Assembly: GCA_046583315.1 (NCBI GenBank)
Contig: JAYGCN010000090.1
Span: 1 to 38,421, forward strand
Reading direction: 5' to 3'
DNA from: Candidatus Hydrogenedentota bacterium
GTDB taxonomy: Bacteria > Hydrogenedentota > Hydrogenedentia > Hydrogenedentales > GCA-2746185
Length of the DNA: 38,421 nt
Each line of letters opens with the position of its first letter. Position 1 is the stretch's first letter. Of this stretch, positions 9,635 through 18,338 are shown piece by piece. The notes beneath the pieces were generated by a model. That model was not told the origin of the DNA, ran no database searches, and worked only from the letters and a program-made list of their open reading frames with translations. The position numbers and the translations under genes are program-made.

Positions 9635-10096
9635 ATGTATTTTGGTGAATCACAGACGACACTTGACGACAAAGGACGCATCACGGTGTCCCGCAAGTAT
9701 CGGGAAACCATGTCCACCTTGGGGCATGTTCTGTGGTATATGACACGCGGGTATGATGGTTCCATTTTTATCTTTCCGAAAGAAGAGTGGGACAAAATCC
9801 GTATTCAAGCTTCTACCCATTCTACACTAGATGCGCATGCGATTGACGTGCGGCGCATGATGTTCGGTAGCGTGGCTGAAGTGCAACCCGATCGTCAAGG
9901 ACGTCTTTCAGTACCTACTCATCTTCGTGAATACGCGGGACTCGATAAAGAAGTGTCTCTTGTCGGTGTCGGCGACCATCTTGAGTTGTGGAGCAAGGAT
10001 AGGTGGCGGGCATTTCAGGAGAGTAAGGAAGACGAGTACAAAGCGATGGCAAGCGGTCTTTTCGCGCCGGCTTCGGTATCCGAGGGCGACGCCTAA
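9635..10096 (+). CDS. mraZ: Division/cell wall cluster transcriptional repressor MraZ
   Basis: MYFGES...LDDKGRITV, DRQGRLSVPTHLREYAGL and GVGDHLELWS; start moved to ATG 9635. Confidence 0.95.
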   Translation: MYFGESQTTLDDKGRITVSRKYRETMSTLGHVLWYMTRGYDGSIFIFPKEEWDKIRIQASTHSTLDAHAIDVRRMMFGSVAEVQPDRQGRLSVPTHLREYAGLDKEVSLVGVGDHLELWSKDRWRAFQESKEDEYKAMASGLFAPASVSEGDA

Positions 10097-10150
10097 GATC
10101 GTAATCTATAAATCAGGTGTGTGTGACAACGGTGTGTGGAGGAGAGAGCG

Positions 10151-10498
10151 ATGTTGAGCATCGAAAAAGAGTTACAGGGTGACGTAACGGTCATTCGGGT
10201 GATAGGCGATGTGGATGAGGACGGGGTGAAGGATCTTCGTATTGCCCTGGTCAATTGTCTGCGTGACAATGGCTACAATGTCATCGTCAATCTGTCCGGA
10301 ATGAAGTTCATCAGTTACGTAGGTGTCGGGGTGTTGGTTGAACGACTTCGTCAGTTCCGTTCGTACAACGGAGACATGAAGCTCGTGGGGCTGAATCTTT
10401 ACACGCAGCGTCTTTTTCGCATGACGGGTGTGACGAATCTGTTCGATACCTTCGAGACAGAAGGTCAGGCCGTGCAAGGGTGGCAGAAAGCCGCTTAG
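10151..10498 (+). CDS. STAS-domain protein (anti-sigma-factor antagonist-like)
   Basis: 115 aa; VIRVIGDVD, VIVNLSGMKFISYVGVGVLV, GDMKLVGL and RLFRMTGV...FETEGQAV; strong GGAGGAG SD before ATG 10151. Confidence 0.88.
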   Translation: MLSIEKELQGDVTVIRVIGDVDEDGVKDLRIALVNCLRDNGYNVIVNLSGMKFISYVGVGVLVERLRQFRSYNGDMKLVGLNLYTQRLFRMTGVTNLFDTFETEGQAVQGWQKAA

Positions 10499-10499
10499 T

Positions 10500-11420
10500 G
10501 TGCATGTAACGGTTCTGGCGGATGAAGCCATTGAGTGGCTCAACATCCGGCCGGATGGGTTTTATGTAGATGGAACGGCTGGCCTGGGTGGTCATACGAT
10601 TCGCATAGCTGAACAGCTAGGTGAACATGGCCGAGTATTCGGGCTGGACCGGGATCTACGCGCAGTTGAAAAGGCACGGGAACGGCTTAAATCGTTTTCG
10701 CAGGCAACCATTCTGCATCGTAATTATGACCGACTTTATGAAGTGCTCCAGGAAACTGGAGAGACAGAAGTAGATGGTGTTTTAATCGATGCGGGGGTAT
10801 CGAGTATGCAGCTGGACGATCCGGCGCGCGGCTTCACCTTTCAGGAGGAGGGGCCTTTGGATATGCGCATGGATCGGACCGCGGATGTATCTGCTGAGTC
10901 CTGGTTGGCCGATGTTTCTGAGAAGGAACTGGCCGACGTACTCAAACGGTACGGGGATATCCGTAGAGCTAGAACAGTAGCGGCTGCAATTTGCCGGTGG
11001 CGGGTTTCATCGGGATTAAGTACGACTGCAGATTTGGTTGCCGCGGTGCGAGAGGCGTTCCCATTTGTGTCGGGTGTTCCGGAGGAGGTAAGGACGGTGT
11101 TTCAGGCCATCCGGATCAAGGTGAACGATGAGTTAGGGGCATTAGAACGATTTATGGATCAAGCGATTGATGCCTTGAAGCCCGGCGGAAGACTGGTGTG
11201 CATCGCCTTTCATTCGGGCGAAGATCGCATCATCAAGCACAAACTGAAAGATGCGGGGCGGCCACGGCAGGAATTGCATGCGGATGGTCGTCTCAAACAC
11301 ACGCACCCTGCGCGGCTCAAGGTGTTGACACCGAAACCTGTGCTGGCTGGTGCGCATGAAATCGCGGAGAACCCGCGGGCGAAGAGTGCGAAGTTGCGGG
11401 CTGCCGAACGCGTCATCTAG
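10500..11420 (+). CDS. rsmH: 16S rRNA m4C1402 methyltransferase RsmH (MraW)
   Basis: VDGTAGLGGH, DAGVSSMQLDDPARGF, PLDMRMD, FQAIRIKVNDEL, FHSGED and NPRAKSAKLR. Confidence 0.96.
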   Translation: MHVTVLADEAIEWLNIRPDGFYVDGTAGLGGHTIRIAEQLGEHGRVFGLDRDLRAVEKARERLKSFSQATILHRNYDRLYEVLQETGETEVDGVLIDAGVSSMQLDDPARGFTFQEEGPLDMRMDRTADVSAESWLADVSEKELADVLKRYGDIRRARTVAAAICRWRVSSGLSTTADLVAAVREAFPFVSGVPEEVRTVFQAIRIKVNDELGALERFMDQAIDALKPGGRLVCIAFHSGEDRIIKHKLKDAGRPRQELHADGRLKHTHPARLKVLTPKPVLAGAHEIAENPRAKSAKLRAAERVI

Positions 11421-11444
11421 CGCGACCAGAGGGATCAGGGCACT

Positions 11445-11915
11445 ATGGCGAAAAAAACCGGGCGAAAGCGTCGAGCGAGCTTGCATGGCTGGTGGAAAGT
11501 ATTGCCGTTTCTTCTGGGTCCGATGGTGTTGTTCATGACCTTTGCGTATTGGGAGTCGGCACGCATCCGAAATCAGTTCGCTACGAATGATCGCAAGACC
11601 ATGATCGAGGAGATCCGGAAGGAAATCGAGGATCTTCAGGTCACCAATCATGAATTAGCCAGTATCAAGAGAATGGCGCGTCGTGCGCCGTCCATGGATC
11701 TTCAATTGCCGACCTCCGACCAGTTGGTGGTGGTGCCGCCGATAGCAATCGAGCGATCACTTGCGGACAAGGCGACGTTTCTGCCCGCCCACGCCGCATC
11801 CTCATCGCCCGCTCGAAGTGTCCTCATTCGAATTGAGTATGAACTGGCCGAGAATACACTGGTGAGCGAAGAGGAGGAGAATATTCATGCCCAAGAGTCG
11901 ACAGAACAAGACTAA
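11445..11915 (+). CDS. ftsL: FtsL-like cell division protein with a C-terminal extension
   Basis: Basic N-terminus, single TM segment, coiled coil ending LASIKRMARRA; lies between rsmH and ftsI. Confidence 0.6.
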   Translation: MAKKTGRKRRASLHGWWKVLPFLLGPMVLFMTFAYWESARIRNQFATNDRKTMIEEIRKEIEDLQVTNHELASIKRMARRAPSMDLQLPTSDQLVVVPPIAIERSLADKATFLPAHAASSSPARSVLIRIEYELAENTLVSEEEENIHAQESTEQD

Positions 11916-14025
11916 AAAGTCCAAAGATGCCGCTTTGAGCAAGACCAGCGATGAACACCGTATACGTTTGCGCCTTATCGCGATAGCGATGGTGGGTGTC
12001 TTTGGCCTGATCGGAATTCGTCTCGTTCAGTTCCAAATCGATCCCGACCTGCGGTTCTCGCAAGAAGTGCTCAATCACACAGGCAGGAAGTTGGTGGAAC
12101 GCCCCAGAGGCACGATTTTCGACGTGAACGGGCGTCCGCTTGCGACGAATCGCCAAGTCCCCTCGTTGAGTGTCAACCCGGAGAGGGTGGATAATCCTGA
12201 ACAGCTCGCTCTCTATTTGTCGCGACGAATGGAGCTGACGTATGAGGATCTGTACGAGCGTGTTACCCGGACGAATTCGAAGGGAAAGCCGATGCAGCTC
12301 GTCTGGTTGAAAAGACGGATGAGCAAGGAAGAGTCTCTGCGAATCGGAAACATAGAGGATAGTCCTGAGCCGAAAGCATTGCTGATGCAGCATGAGGCGA
12401 TTCGGTTCTATCCTGAAAAGGATTTGGCCTCTCAGGTGCTTGGGTTTTCCAATCTTGCAGGCCGGGGAATTGAAGGAATCGAAAAAAAGTTCGACAAGCA
12501 TTTATTCAGCGAAGCGGGCGAAATGAGTATGCGGGTCGACAGCGGGCGTCGAGCCATAGCCGCGGGTACCTACAGAGCACCGACGGGTGGAGATGATATC
12601 ACGCTGACGATCAACGCGCAGTTGCAGTATACGCTTGAACAAGAGTTGGATAAGGCGATGCTGCTGCACAAGGCCAAGCGCTCGATGGGATTGATCATGG
12701 ATCCGGATACGGGTGCAATCCTGGCAATGGCCACGCGTCCAGCTTTTGATCCCAATGAATATGGGAGCAGCAAGGAAGAGCACCGCCTCAATAGCGCGGT
12801 GACGGATTTTTTTGAGCCGGGGTCATCGTTCAAGATAGTGACGGCGGCGGCGGCGTTGGAACTGGGCCTGGTGACGACGGAAACACCGATTGATTGCATG
12901 AATGGTCTGTTCAGACCGTATCGCCGTCGCGTAATTCATGATACCCATAGACTGGGCGTAACGCCTTTCGGAGAAACCTTCGTGCAGTCGAGCAATATTG
13001 CGATTATCAAAGTCGCGGACTTGCTAGGACCGGAGCGCCTTGAGTCCTGGATACGTCGCTTTGGATTCGGTGCCAAAACAGGGCTGGAGGTTCCGCTGGA
13101 AAGCCCAGGTTACTTTCGCCGCCTAGAAAAGTGGAGCGGATACTCGATGAGTTCGCTACCGATGGGGCAGGAAATATCCGTGACGATGCCGCAACTCGCA
13201 CAGGCCTTCAGCGTAATTGCCAACGGGGGGCGTACGGTCAAGCCACATCTGGTGAAGGAAATCCGGGATCAAAGTGGCGCGCTGACCTATCGCTTTGAAG
13301 AGGGGGAGCGCCGCCGCGTGCTTTCCGAGGAGACGTCTGCGCTGATGCGTGATCTCGCATACCGTGTTGTTTCCAGTGAACATGGTACCGCGAAGCGAGC
13401 AGCGATACCCGAGTACCGGGCGGGAGGGAAGACGGGAACCGCGGAGATCGCCATGCCTGGCGGTGGAGGATATTACGAGGATCGCTACACGACCGTGTTC
13501 GCAGGCTTCGCGCCCATTGTCGATCCAAAAATTACCTGCGTAATTGTGGTCCATGAACCGATGATCAAGAATCATTTCGGCGGTTATGTATGCGCACCTG
13601 TCTTTCAAAAAGTGGTTCGCGAAGCGTTAGTGAATTTGAACGTTCCGAAAGATCCGATGGAGGATCCGACATTCTTCGAACGCAATCGAAATCTGTTTGC
13701 CAAGGAAATGAATGATGAAGATACCGTTGTGTTTCTAGATGAACTCGAGGTATTCGAACCCTCCATGTATGAAGAATCGTTCGACAGTCTGGAACTTGTT
13801 TCGGTCTCCACGGATAAAGACATCAATGGGCCGCGGCTCCCCGATTTCGAAAAACTAACAAAACGTCAAGCGAAGCTCATGGCGCTGGAACTGGGTATCG
13901 AGTGGGATCCTCAGGGGGCAGGGCGCGTTGTGTCGCAAGACCCAGCCGTGGGGACGCTTCTTGCGGATGTGCAGGTTTGCAAACTGGTATTTGGACATCA
14001 TGTCGACTCCGATAACGCTTCATGA
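11887..14025 (+). CDS. ftsI: Class B penicillin-binding protein FtsI with C-terminal PASTA domain
   Basis: RGTIFDVNG, RFYP, GIEGIE, EPGSSFK (SxxK), SSN and KTGTA; PASTA-like LPDFEKLTKRQA...GRVVSQDPAVG. Confidence 0.93.
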   Translation: MPKSRQNKTKKSKDAALSKTSDEHRIRLRLIAIAMVGVFGLIGIRLVQFQIDPDLRFSQEVLNHTGRKLVERPRGTIFDVNGRPLATNRQVPSLSVNPERVDNPEQLALYLSRRMELTYEDLYERVTRTNSKGKPMQLVWLKRRMSKEESLRIGNIEDSPEPKALLMQHEAIRFYPEKDLASQVLGFSNLAGRGIEGIEKKFDKHLFSEAGEMSMRVDSGRRAIAAGTYRAPTGGDDITLTINAQLQYTLEQELDKAMLLHKAKRSMGLIMDPDTGAILAMATRPAFDPNEYGSSKEEHRLNSAVTDFFEPGSSFKIVTAAAALELGLVTTETPIDCMNGLFRPYRRRVIHDTHRLGVTPFGETFVQSSNIAIIKVADLLGPERLESWIRRFGFGAKTGLEVPLESPGYFRRLEKWSGYSMSSLPMGQEISVTMPQLAQAFSVIANGGRTVKPHLVKEIRDQSGALTYRFEEGERRRVLSEETSALMRDLAYRVVSSEHGTAKRAAIPEYRAGGKTGTAEIAMPGGGGYYEDRYTTVFAGFAPIVDPKITCVIVVHEPMIKNHFGGYVCAPVFQKVVREALVNLNVPKDPMEDPTFFERNRNLFAKEMNDEDTVVFLDELEVFEPSMYEESFDSLELVSVSTDKDINGPRLPDFEKLTKRQAKLMALELGIEWDPQGAGRVVSQDPAVGTLLADVQVCKLVFGHHVDSDNAS

Positions 14026-15484
14026 AGTAAAAGAATGTCTTGGCGCAGTTGAGACTATTTCTGCTGAAACCCATCCTGAAATTTCGATTGTTCAGGTGAC
14101 GGAAGACTCACGTAAGGTCGGGCCTGGAACACTGTTCACGGCCGTTCAGGGCGAGCGTCTTGATGGACACGACTACGTTGATGATGCCATCGCAGCGGGC
14201 GCGGTCGTAATACTCAGTGAGCGCGAACTGTCGGAGGTGTCCGTTCCGGTTTTGGTTGTGCCTCATGCACGACGGGCGCTGGGGCTGATTGCACATCGCC
14301 TGCAGGGCGATCCTTCGGCGGATATAACGGTGATCGGTGTGACCGGCACGAATGGCAAGTCGAGTACAGTTACCATTGTTGAACATATTTTACGCTCGGC
14401 GGGACATGCCGTGGCCTGTTTTGGAACGCTCGGCTATGTCATCGCGGGAAAACATCGAGACGCACCGCACACGACACCGTTTAACGAAGATCTCGCGAAG
14501 TTGTTCGCTGAGGCGCGCGATGCGGGATGCACCCATGTGGTCATGGAAGTCAGTTCCCACGCGCTTGAGCAGGAGCGGGTATCGGGCATCGCGTTTGATG
14601 GCGCGGTGTTCACGAATTTAACTCAGGATCACCTCGATTATCATGCGAATATGGATGAGTATCGCGACGAAAAGCTGAAACTTTTCCGATCCATTCCTGC
14701 GGAAACGGGCTTTACGGTCGCGAATGCCGAAGACCCCTGTTTTGATGCTTTTGCGGAGGCAGGTGCCCGTGTGCAATGGGCCTTTGGCGAGGGCGGCGAC
14801 GTGTTTGCCGAGGATGTGCATCTTGATGCGAATCGCACGGACTTCATGCTGGATACGCCGTGGGGGCGTGCGCGCTGTTCGATGGGATTGTTGGGGCAAC
14901 ACAACATCAGCAACTTTTTGGGAGCGGCAGCCGTTTGCGGGACTATGGGGATCTCGATTGACTCTATTGCCGAGGCCGCGCGAACGCTTCCTTCTATTCC
15001 GGGGCGTTTCGAGGCGATTGATTGTGGGCAGCCCTACCATGTGATTGTGGATTACGCGCACACCGAAGATGGCTTGAGAAATGTCCTAATCGCCGCCCGA
15101 GCCATTTGTTCGGGAACGCTTCGTGTCGTGTTCGGGTGTGGCGGTGATCGTGATAAAACGAAACGCCCGAAAATGGGGGTGGTCGCGGCTGAGCTGGCGG
15201 ATTACGCGATTATAACGTCGGACAATCCACGCTCGGAATCGCCCGAACGCATACTCTTGGACACGGAAATGGGGATGCAACGCGCGGGCAAGAAGCGCGA
15301 TATCGATTATGTGGTCATCGAAAATCGAAAAGATGCCATTGAGTCGGCTTTGGATGGTGCCGAAGCGGGTGATCTCGTCATGATCGCGGGTAAGGGGCAT
15401 GAGGACTATCAGATTCTAAATACGGAGACGATCCATTTTGATGACCGTGAAGTGGCGCGCGCATGGCTGGAGGCAAAGGTATGA
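14000..15484 (+). CDS. murE: UDP-MurNAc-tripeptide synthetase, meso-DAP type
   Basis: GVTGTNGKS, HTTP, MEVSSH, TNLTQDHLDYH, VDYAHT, FGCGGDRDKTKRPKMG, DNPR and GKGHEDYQ; start moved to ATG 14000. Confidence 0.96.
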   Translation: MSTPITLHEVKECLGAVETISAETHPEISIVQVTEDSRKVGPGTLFTAVQGERLDGHDYVDDAIAAGAVVILSERELSEVSVPVLVVPHARRALGLIAHRLQGDPSADITVIGVTGTNGKSSTVTIVEHILRSAGHAVACFGTLGYVIAGKHRDAPHTTPFNEDLAKLFAEARDAGCTHVVMEVSSHALEQERVSGIAFDGAVFTNLTQDHLDYHANMDEYRDEKLKLFRSIPAETGFTVANAEDPCFDAFAEAGARVQWAFGEGGDVFAEDVHLDANRTDFMLDTPWGRARCSMGLLGQHNISNFLGAAAVCGTMGISIDSIAEAARTLPSIPGRFEAIDCGQPYHVIVDYAHTEDGLRNVLIAARAICSGTLRVVFGCGGDRDKTKRPKMGVVAAELADYAIITSDNPRSESPERILLDTEMGMQRAGKKRDIDYVVIENRKDAIESALDGAEAGDLVMIAGKGHEDYQILNTETIHFDDREVARAWLEAKV

Positions 15485-16842
15485 ATCCGGATTGGCTTTA
15501 TACGCATAGCGCAGTGCTTGATGCGATCGTGGGGGAGTATTCTGGAGTTCCCTTTGCCTTTCATGCGATTTCGACGGACACGCGCACTCTCATGGAGGGG
15601 GATCTGTTTTTTGCCTTGTCAGGCGCGAATTTTGATGGGAATGATTTCGTAGAGGAGGCCTTGGCTAAGGGGGGGTGTGCCGTGGTATGTACGCGCCATG
15701 TCGTTCAGGGGCGTTGCATCGTCGTTTCAGATGTTCAACGTGCGATTCAGGAGTTCGCCGCCTTCCATCGTGCTCAGTATGACATTCCCGTGCTCGCGAT
15801 AACCGGCTCGTGCGGTAAAACGTCGAGTAAAGATCTCACAGCAGCCCTGCTTGAAACAAAGTTCAGCGTGGTGAAGACGCAGGGCAATTTTAATAATGAA
15901 ATCGGATGTCCGCTGTCCATTTTACGAACGGACGCCACTACGGATTTTCTGGTGCTTGAGATGGGCGCGAATCATCCCGGTGAGGTTGCCAGGCTTTGTG
16001 AGATTGCGCGCCCTACCGAGTCCGTCATCACGATGATCGCCGAGGCGCACTTGGAGGGCTTTGGAACAATCGAAGACGTTGCGCGGGCCAAATCGGAGAT
16101 TGCCTCGGGCCTTCAGCAAGGAGGCCGATTCTACGTAAACACCGACGACTCCCGCTGCGTGGATATCGCTACGACGATTTCGGGCCCGTGTGTCACCTTC
16201 GGCACGGGTGGCGAGGTATCGCTTCGGAGTTGGGAATTTGGCGATGACGGAGATATGGTGATCGATATTGACCCCGTCGGCGTCCTGCGGCTACCCATCT
16301 ATGTCCCGGCGCACATTCAGAACGTATTGCTGGCCGTAGCCGTCGGCTTGCAGCATGGAATCGAGGATTTTGAGGCACCACTGCGCGCGGCGTGCCTGAA
16401 TGCCTCGCGATTCAAAGTGAGCATGCGGGACGGTTATGAAATTATTGACGATACCTACAATGCGAACCCGGCTTCGATGGCGGTGGCGATTGAGGCACTG
16501 GAGGTCAGACCGACCACTGGGAAGCGAATTGCCGTGCTGGGGGGCATGGGAGAATTGGGGCCGGATGCGCCTGAATTACATTATAAAACGGGAACTGAAC
16601 TGGGCAAACGTGGTATAAACAGGGTGTTGGTCAGGGGGCCTTTTGCCGAGGAAGTCATCCAAGGCGCACGTGCATCCGGTGTTGAAGACGCGCAGCTTTT
16701 TGAAGGTCACGAAGAAATGGCATCCGCGCTGGCATTGGTGATTCGTGAGGGGGACACGCTGTTGTTCAAGGGATCCCGGGGAATGACGATGGAGAAGGTT
16801 ATTGAACATTTGGCGGAGAAGATGGGGTGGTCCAATGACTAA
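15481..16842 (+). CDS. murF: UDP-MurNAc-tripeptide--D-Ala-D-Ala ligase
   Basis: AITGSCGKTSSK, GNFNNEIGCP, LEMGANHPGE, DDTYNANPASM and FKGSRG; ATGA overlap with murE. Confidence 0.96.
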   Translation: MNPDWLYTHSAVLDAIVGEYSGVPFAFHAISTDTRTLMEGDLFFALSGANFDGNDFVEEALAKGGCAVVCTRHVVQGRCIVVSDVQRAIQEFAAFHRAQYDIPVLAITGSCGKTSSKDLTAALLETKFSVVKTQGNFNNEIGCPLSILRTDATTDFLVLEMGANHPGEVARLCEIARPTESVITMIAEAHLEGFGTIEDVARAKSEIASGLQQGGRFYVNTDDSRCVDIATTISGPCVTFGTGGEVSLRSWEFGDDGDMVIDIDPVGVLRLPIYVPAHIQNVLLAVAVGLQHGIEDFEAPLRAACLNASRFKVSMRDGYEIIDDTYNANPASMAVAIEALEVRPTTGKRIAVLGGMGELGPDAPELHYKTGTELGKRGINRVLVRGPFAEEVIQGARASGVEDAQLFEGHEEMASALALVIREGDTLLFKGSRGMTMEKVIEHLAEKMGWSND

Positions 16843-16869
16843 TCCGCCGTCCCGACCGATAGGACTTCG

Positions 16870-18336
16870 ATGCTCTATTATTTAGCAGACTATTTTTCTG
16901 ATTCGGTGAGCGCGCTCAACATATTTCGCTACCATACCGTTCGCGCGGGCGGCGCATTGTTCACTGGATTCATTGTCAGTGTATTGATAGGGCCTTGGGT
17001 ATTGGGATGGTTGCGTGCGTTGAAAGTCGGCCAGTTCATCAAGAAGGACCACGTTCAGGATCTTCATGATTTGCACAAGGGTAAGGCGGGCACCCCGACA
17101 ATGGGCGGCATGCTGATTATTCTGGCGACCCTGGCTTCGTTGGCGTTGTGGAGTACGCTCACGAACCCTCTGCTTCTGATTGCGACGGGCGTTCTGGTGG
17201 CGATGGGCGCGGTGGGGTTTCTGGACGACTACATTAAGCTGCGCCGCAAACATAATGACGGATTGAGTACGCGCGCAAAATTTTCCGGTCAAATTCTAGT
17301 GGGTTTGGTGCTTGGCACCGTGCTCGTGATGAATCCAGTGACTCTGGGGAACACGTATCTGAACAAGGCAGATGTAGAGGACTGGCCGGGATTCGCTATC
17401 GCATTAATTGGGGCCGAGAGGAATGATGAATCACCCTTGTACCCCTTCGTGTCACAGTTTCCGGGAACCATTGAAATTATCATGCAGTCAGATGACGGGG
17501 CGGAAATTCAGGGCGGACTGCTTTCCCTGTTGAATGCCTCACTGTTGAATACGAGTGTTCATGAAGCGGCGGTGTGGGATTCTATCGAGCTGCCAGCCGA
17601 AGCGCAAGGGTACATTGATAAAGGAGTACTCTCGCTTGGAGCGATGGAATTGGTACGCATGAATCGTCTTTTGCTGGAATCGGCTTCACCGAATTTCATG
17701 GCAGCGAGTCCTCAGAATATGCACACGCAGGTTGCGGTGCCGGGGGTGAAAAATTTACTGATACCCTTCGGCATCTTGTACATCCCCTTCGTCATATTCA
17801 TTCTCGTCGCTACATCAAATGGAGTCAATTTGACGGATGGCCTGGATGGCCTGGCGGTGGGTGCATCGATCATATCGCTGTCGGCGTTCACGGCACTCGC
17901 CTATGTTGTGAGTCGCGCGGATTGGTCCAGTTATCTTTTCATCACGCACATACCGCAGGCCAGTGAGCTTACGGTATTCGGAGCGGCCCTTCTGGGGACG
18001 GGTTTGGGTTTTTTGTGGTTCAATGCGCATCCGGCCGAAGTGTTTATGGGGGACACGGGATCGCTGGCTCTTGGGGGCGTGATAGCGACGATGGCGATTC
18101 TAACGAAACAGGAATTGCTGTTGCCGATTGTCGGGGGACTCTTCGTATTGGAAACGTTGAGCGTGATTATTCAGGTGGGATCGTTCAAATTGCGCAAGAA
18201 GCGTGTCTTTCGAATGGCCCCTTTGCATCATCATTTTGAATTACTCGGGTGGTCTGAAACAAAGGTGACCATTCGATTCTGGATTGTGGCGTTCCTCTTC
18301 GCGCTGTTGAGCCTGGCAACGTTGAAACTGAGATAA
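16870..18336 (+). CDS. mraY: Phospho-MurNAc-pentapeptide transferase MraY with a large insertion (488 aa)
   Basis: [41 protein letters not shown] and [10 protein letters not shown]. Confidence 0.96.
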   Translation: MLYYLADYFSDSVSALNIFRYHTVRAGGALFTGFIVSVLIGPWVLGWLRALKVGQFIKKDHVQDLHDLHKGKAGTPTMGGMLIILATLASLALWSTLTNPLLLIATGVLVAMGAVGFLDDYIKLRRKHNDGLSTRAKFSGQILVGLVLGTVLVMNPVTLGNTYLNKADVEDWPGFAIALIGAERNDESPLYPFVSQFPGTIEIIMQSDDGAEIQGGLLSLLNASLLNTSVHEAAVWDSIELPAEAQGYIDKGVLSLGAMELVRMNRLLLESASPNFMAASPQNMHTQVAVPGVKNLLIPFGILYIPFVIFILVATSNGVNLTDGLDGLAVGASIISLSAFTALAYVVSRADWSSYLFITHIPQASELTVFGAALLGTGLGFLWFNAHPAEVFMGDTGSLALGGVIATMAILTKQELLLPIVGGLFVLETLSVIIQVGSFKLRKKRVFRMAPLHHHFELLGWSETKVTIRFWIVAFLFALLSLATLKLR

Positions 18337-18338
18337 CG

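Noticed and set aside
17350..17715. MraY insert as an intein or mobile element
   Set aside because: No Cys/Ser start with His-Asn end, no endonuclease motif and no terminal repeats
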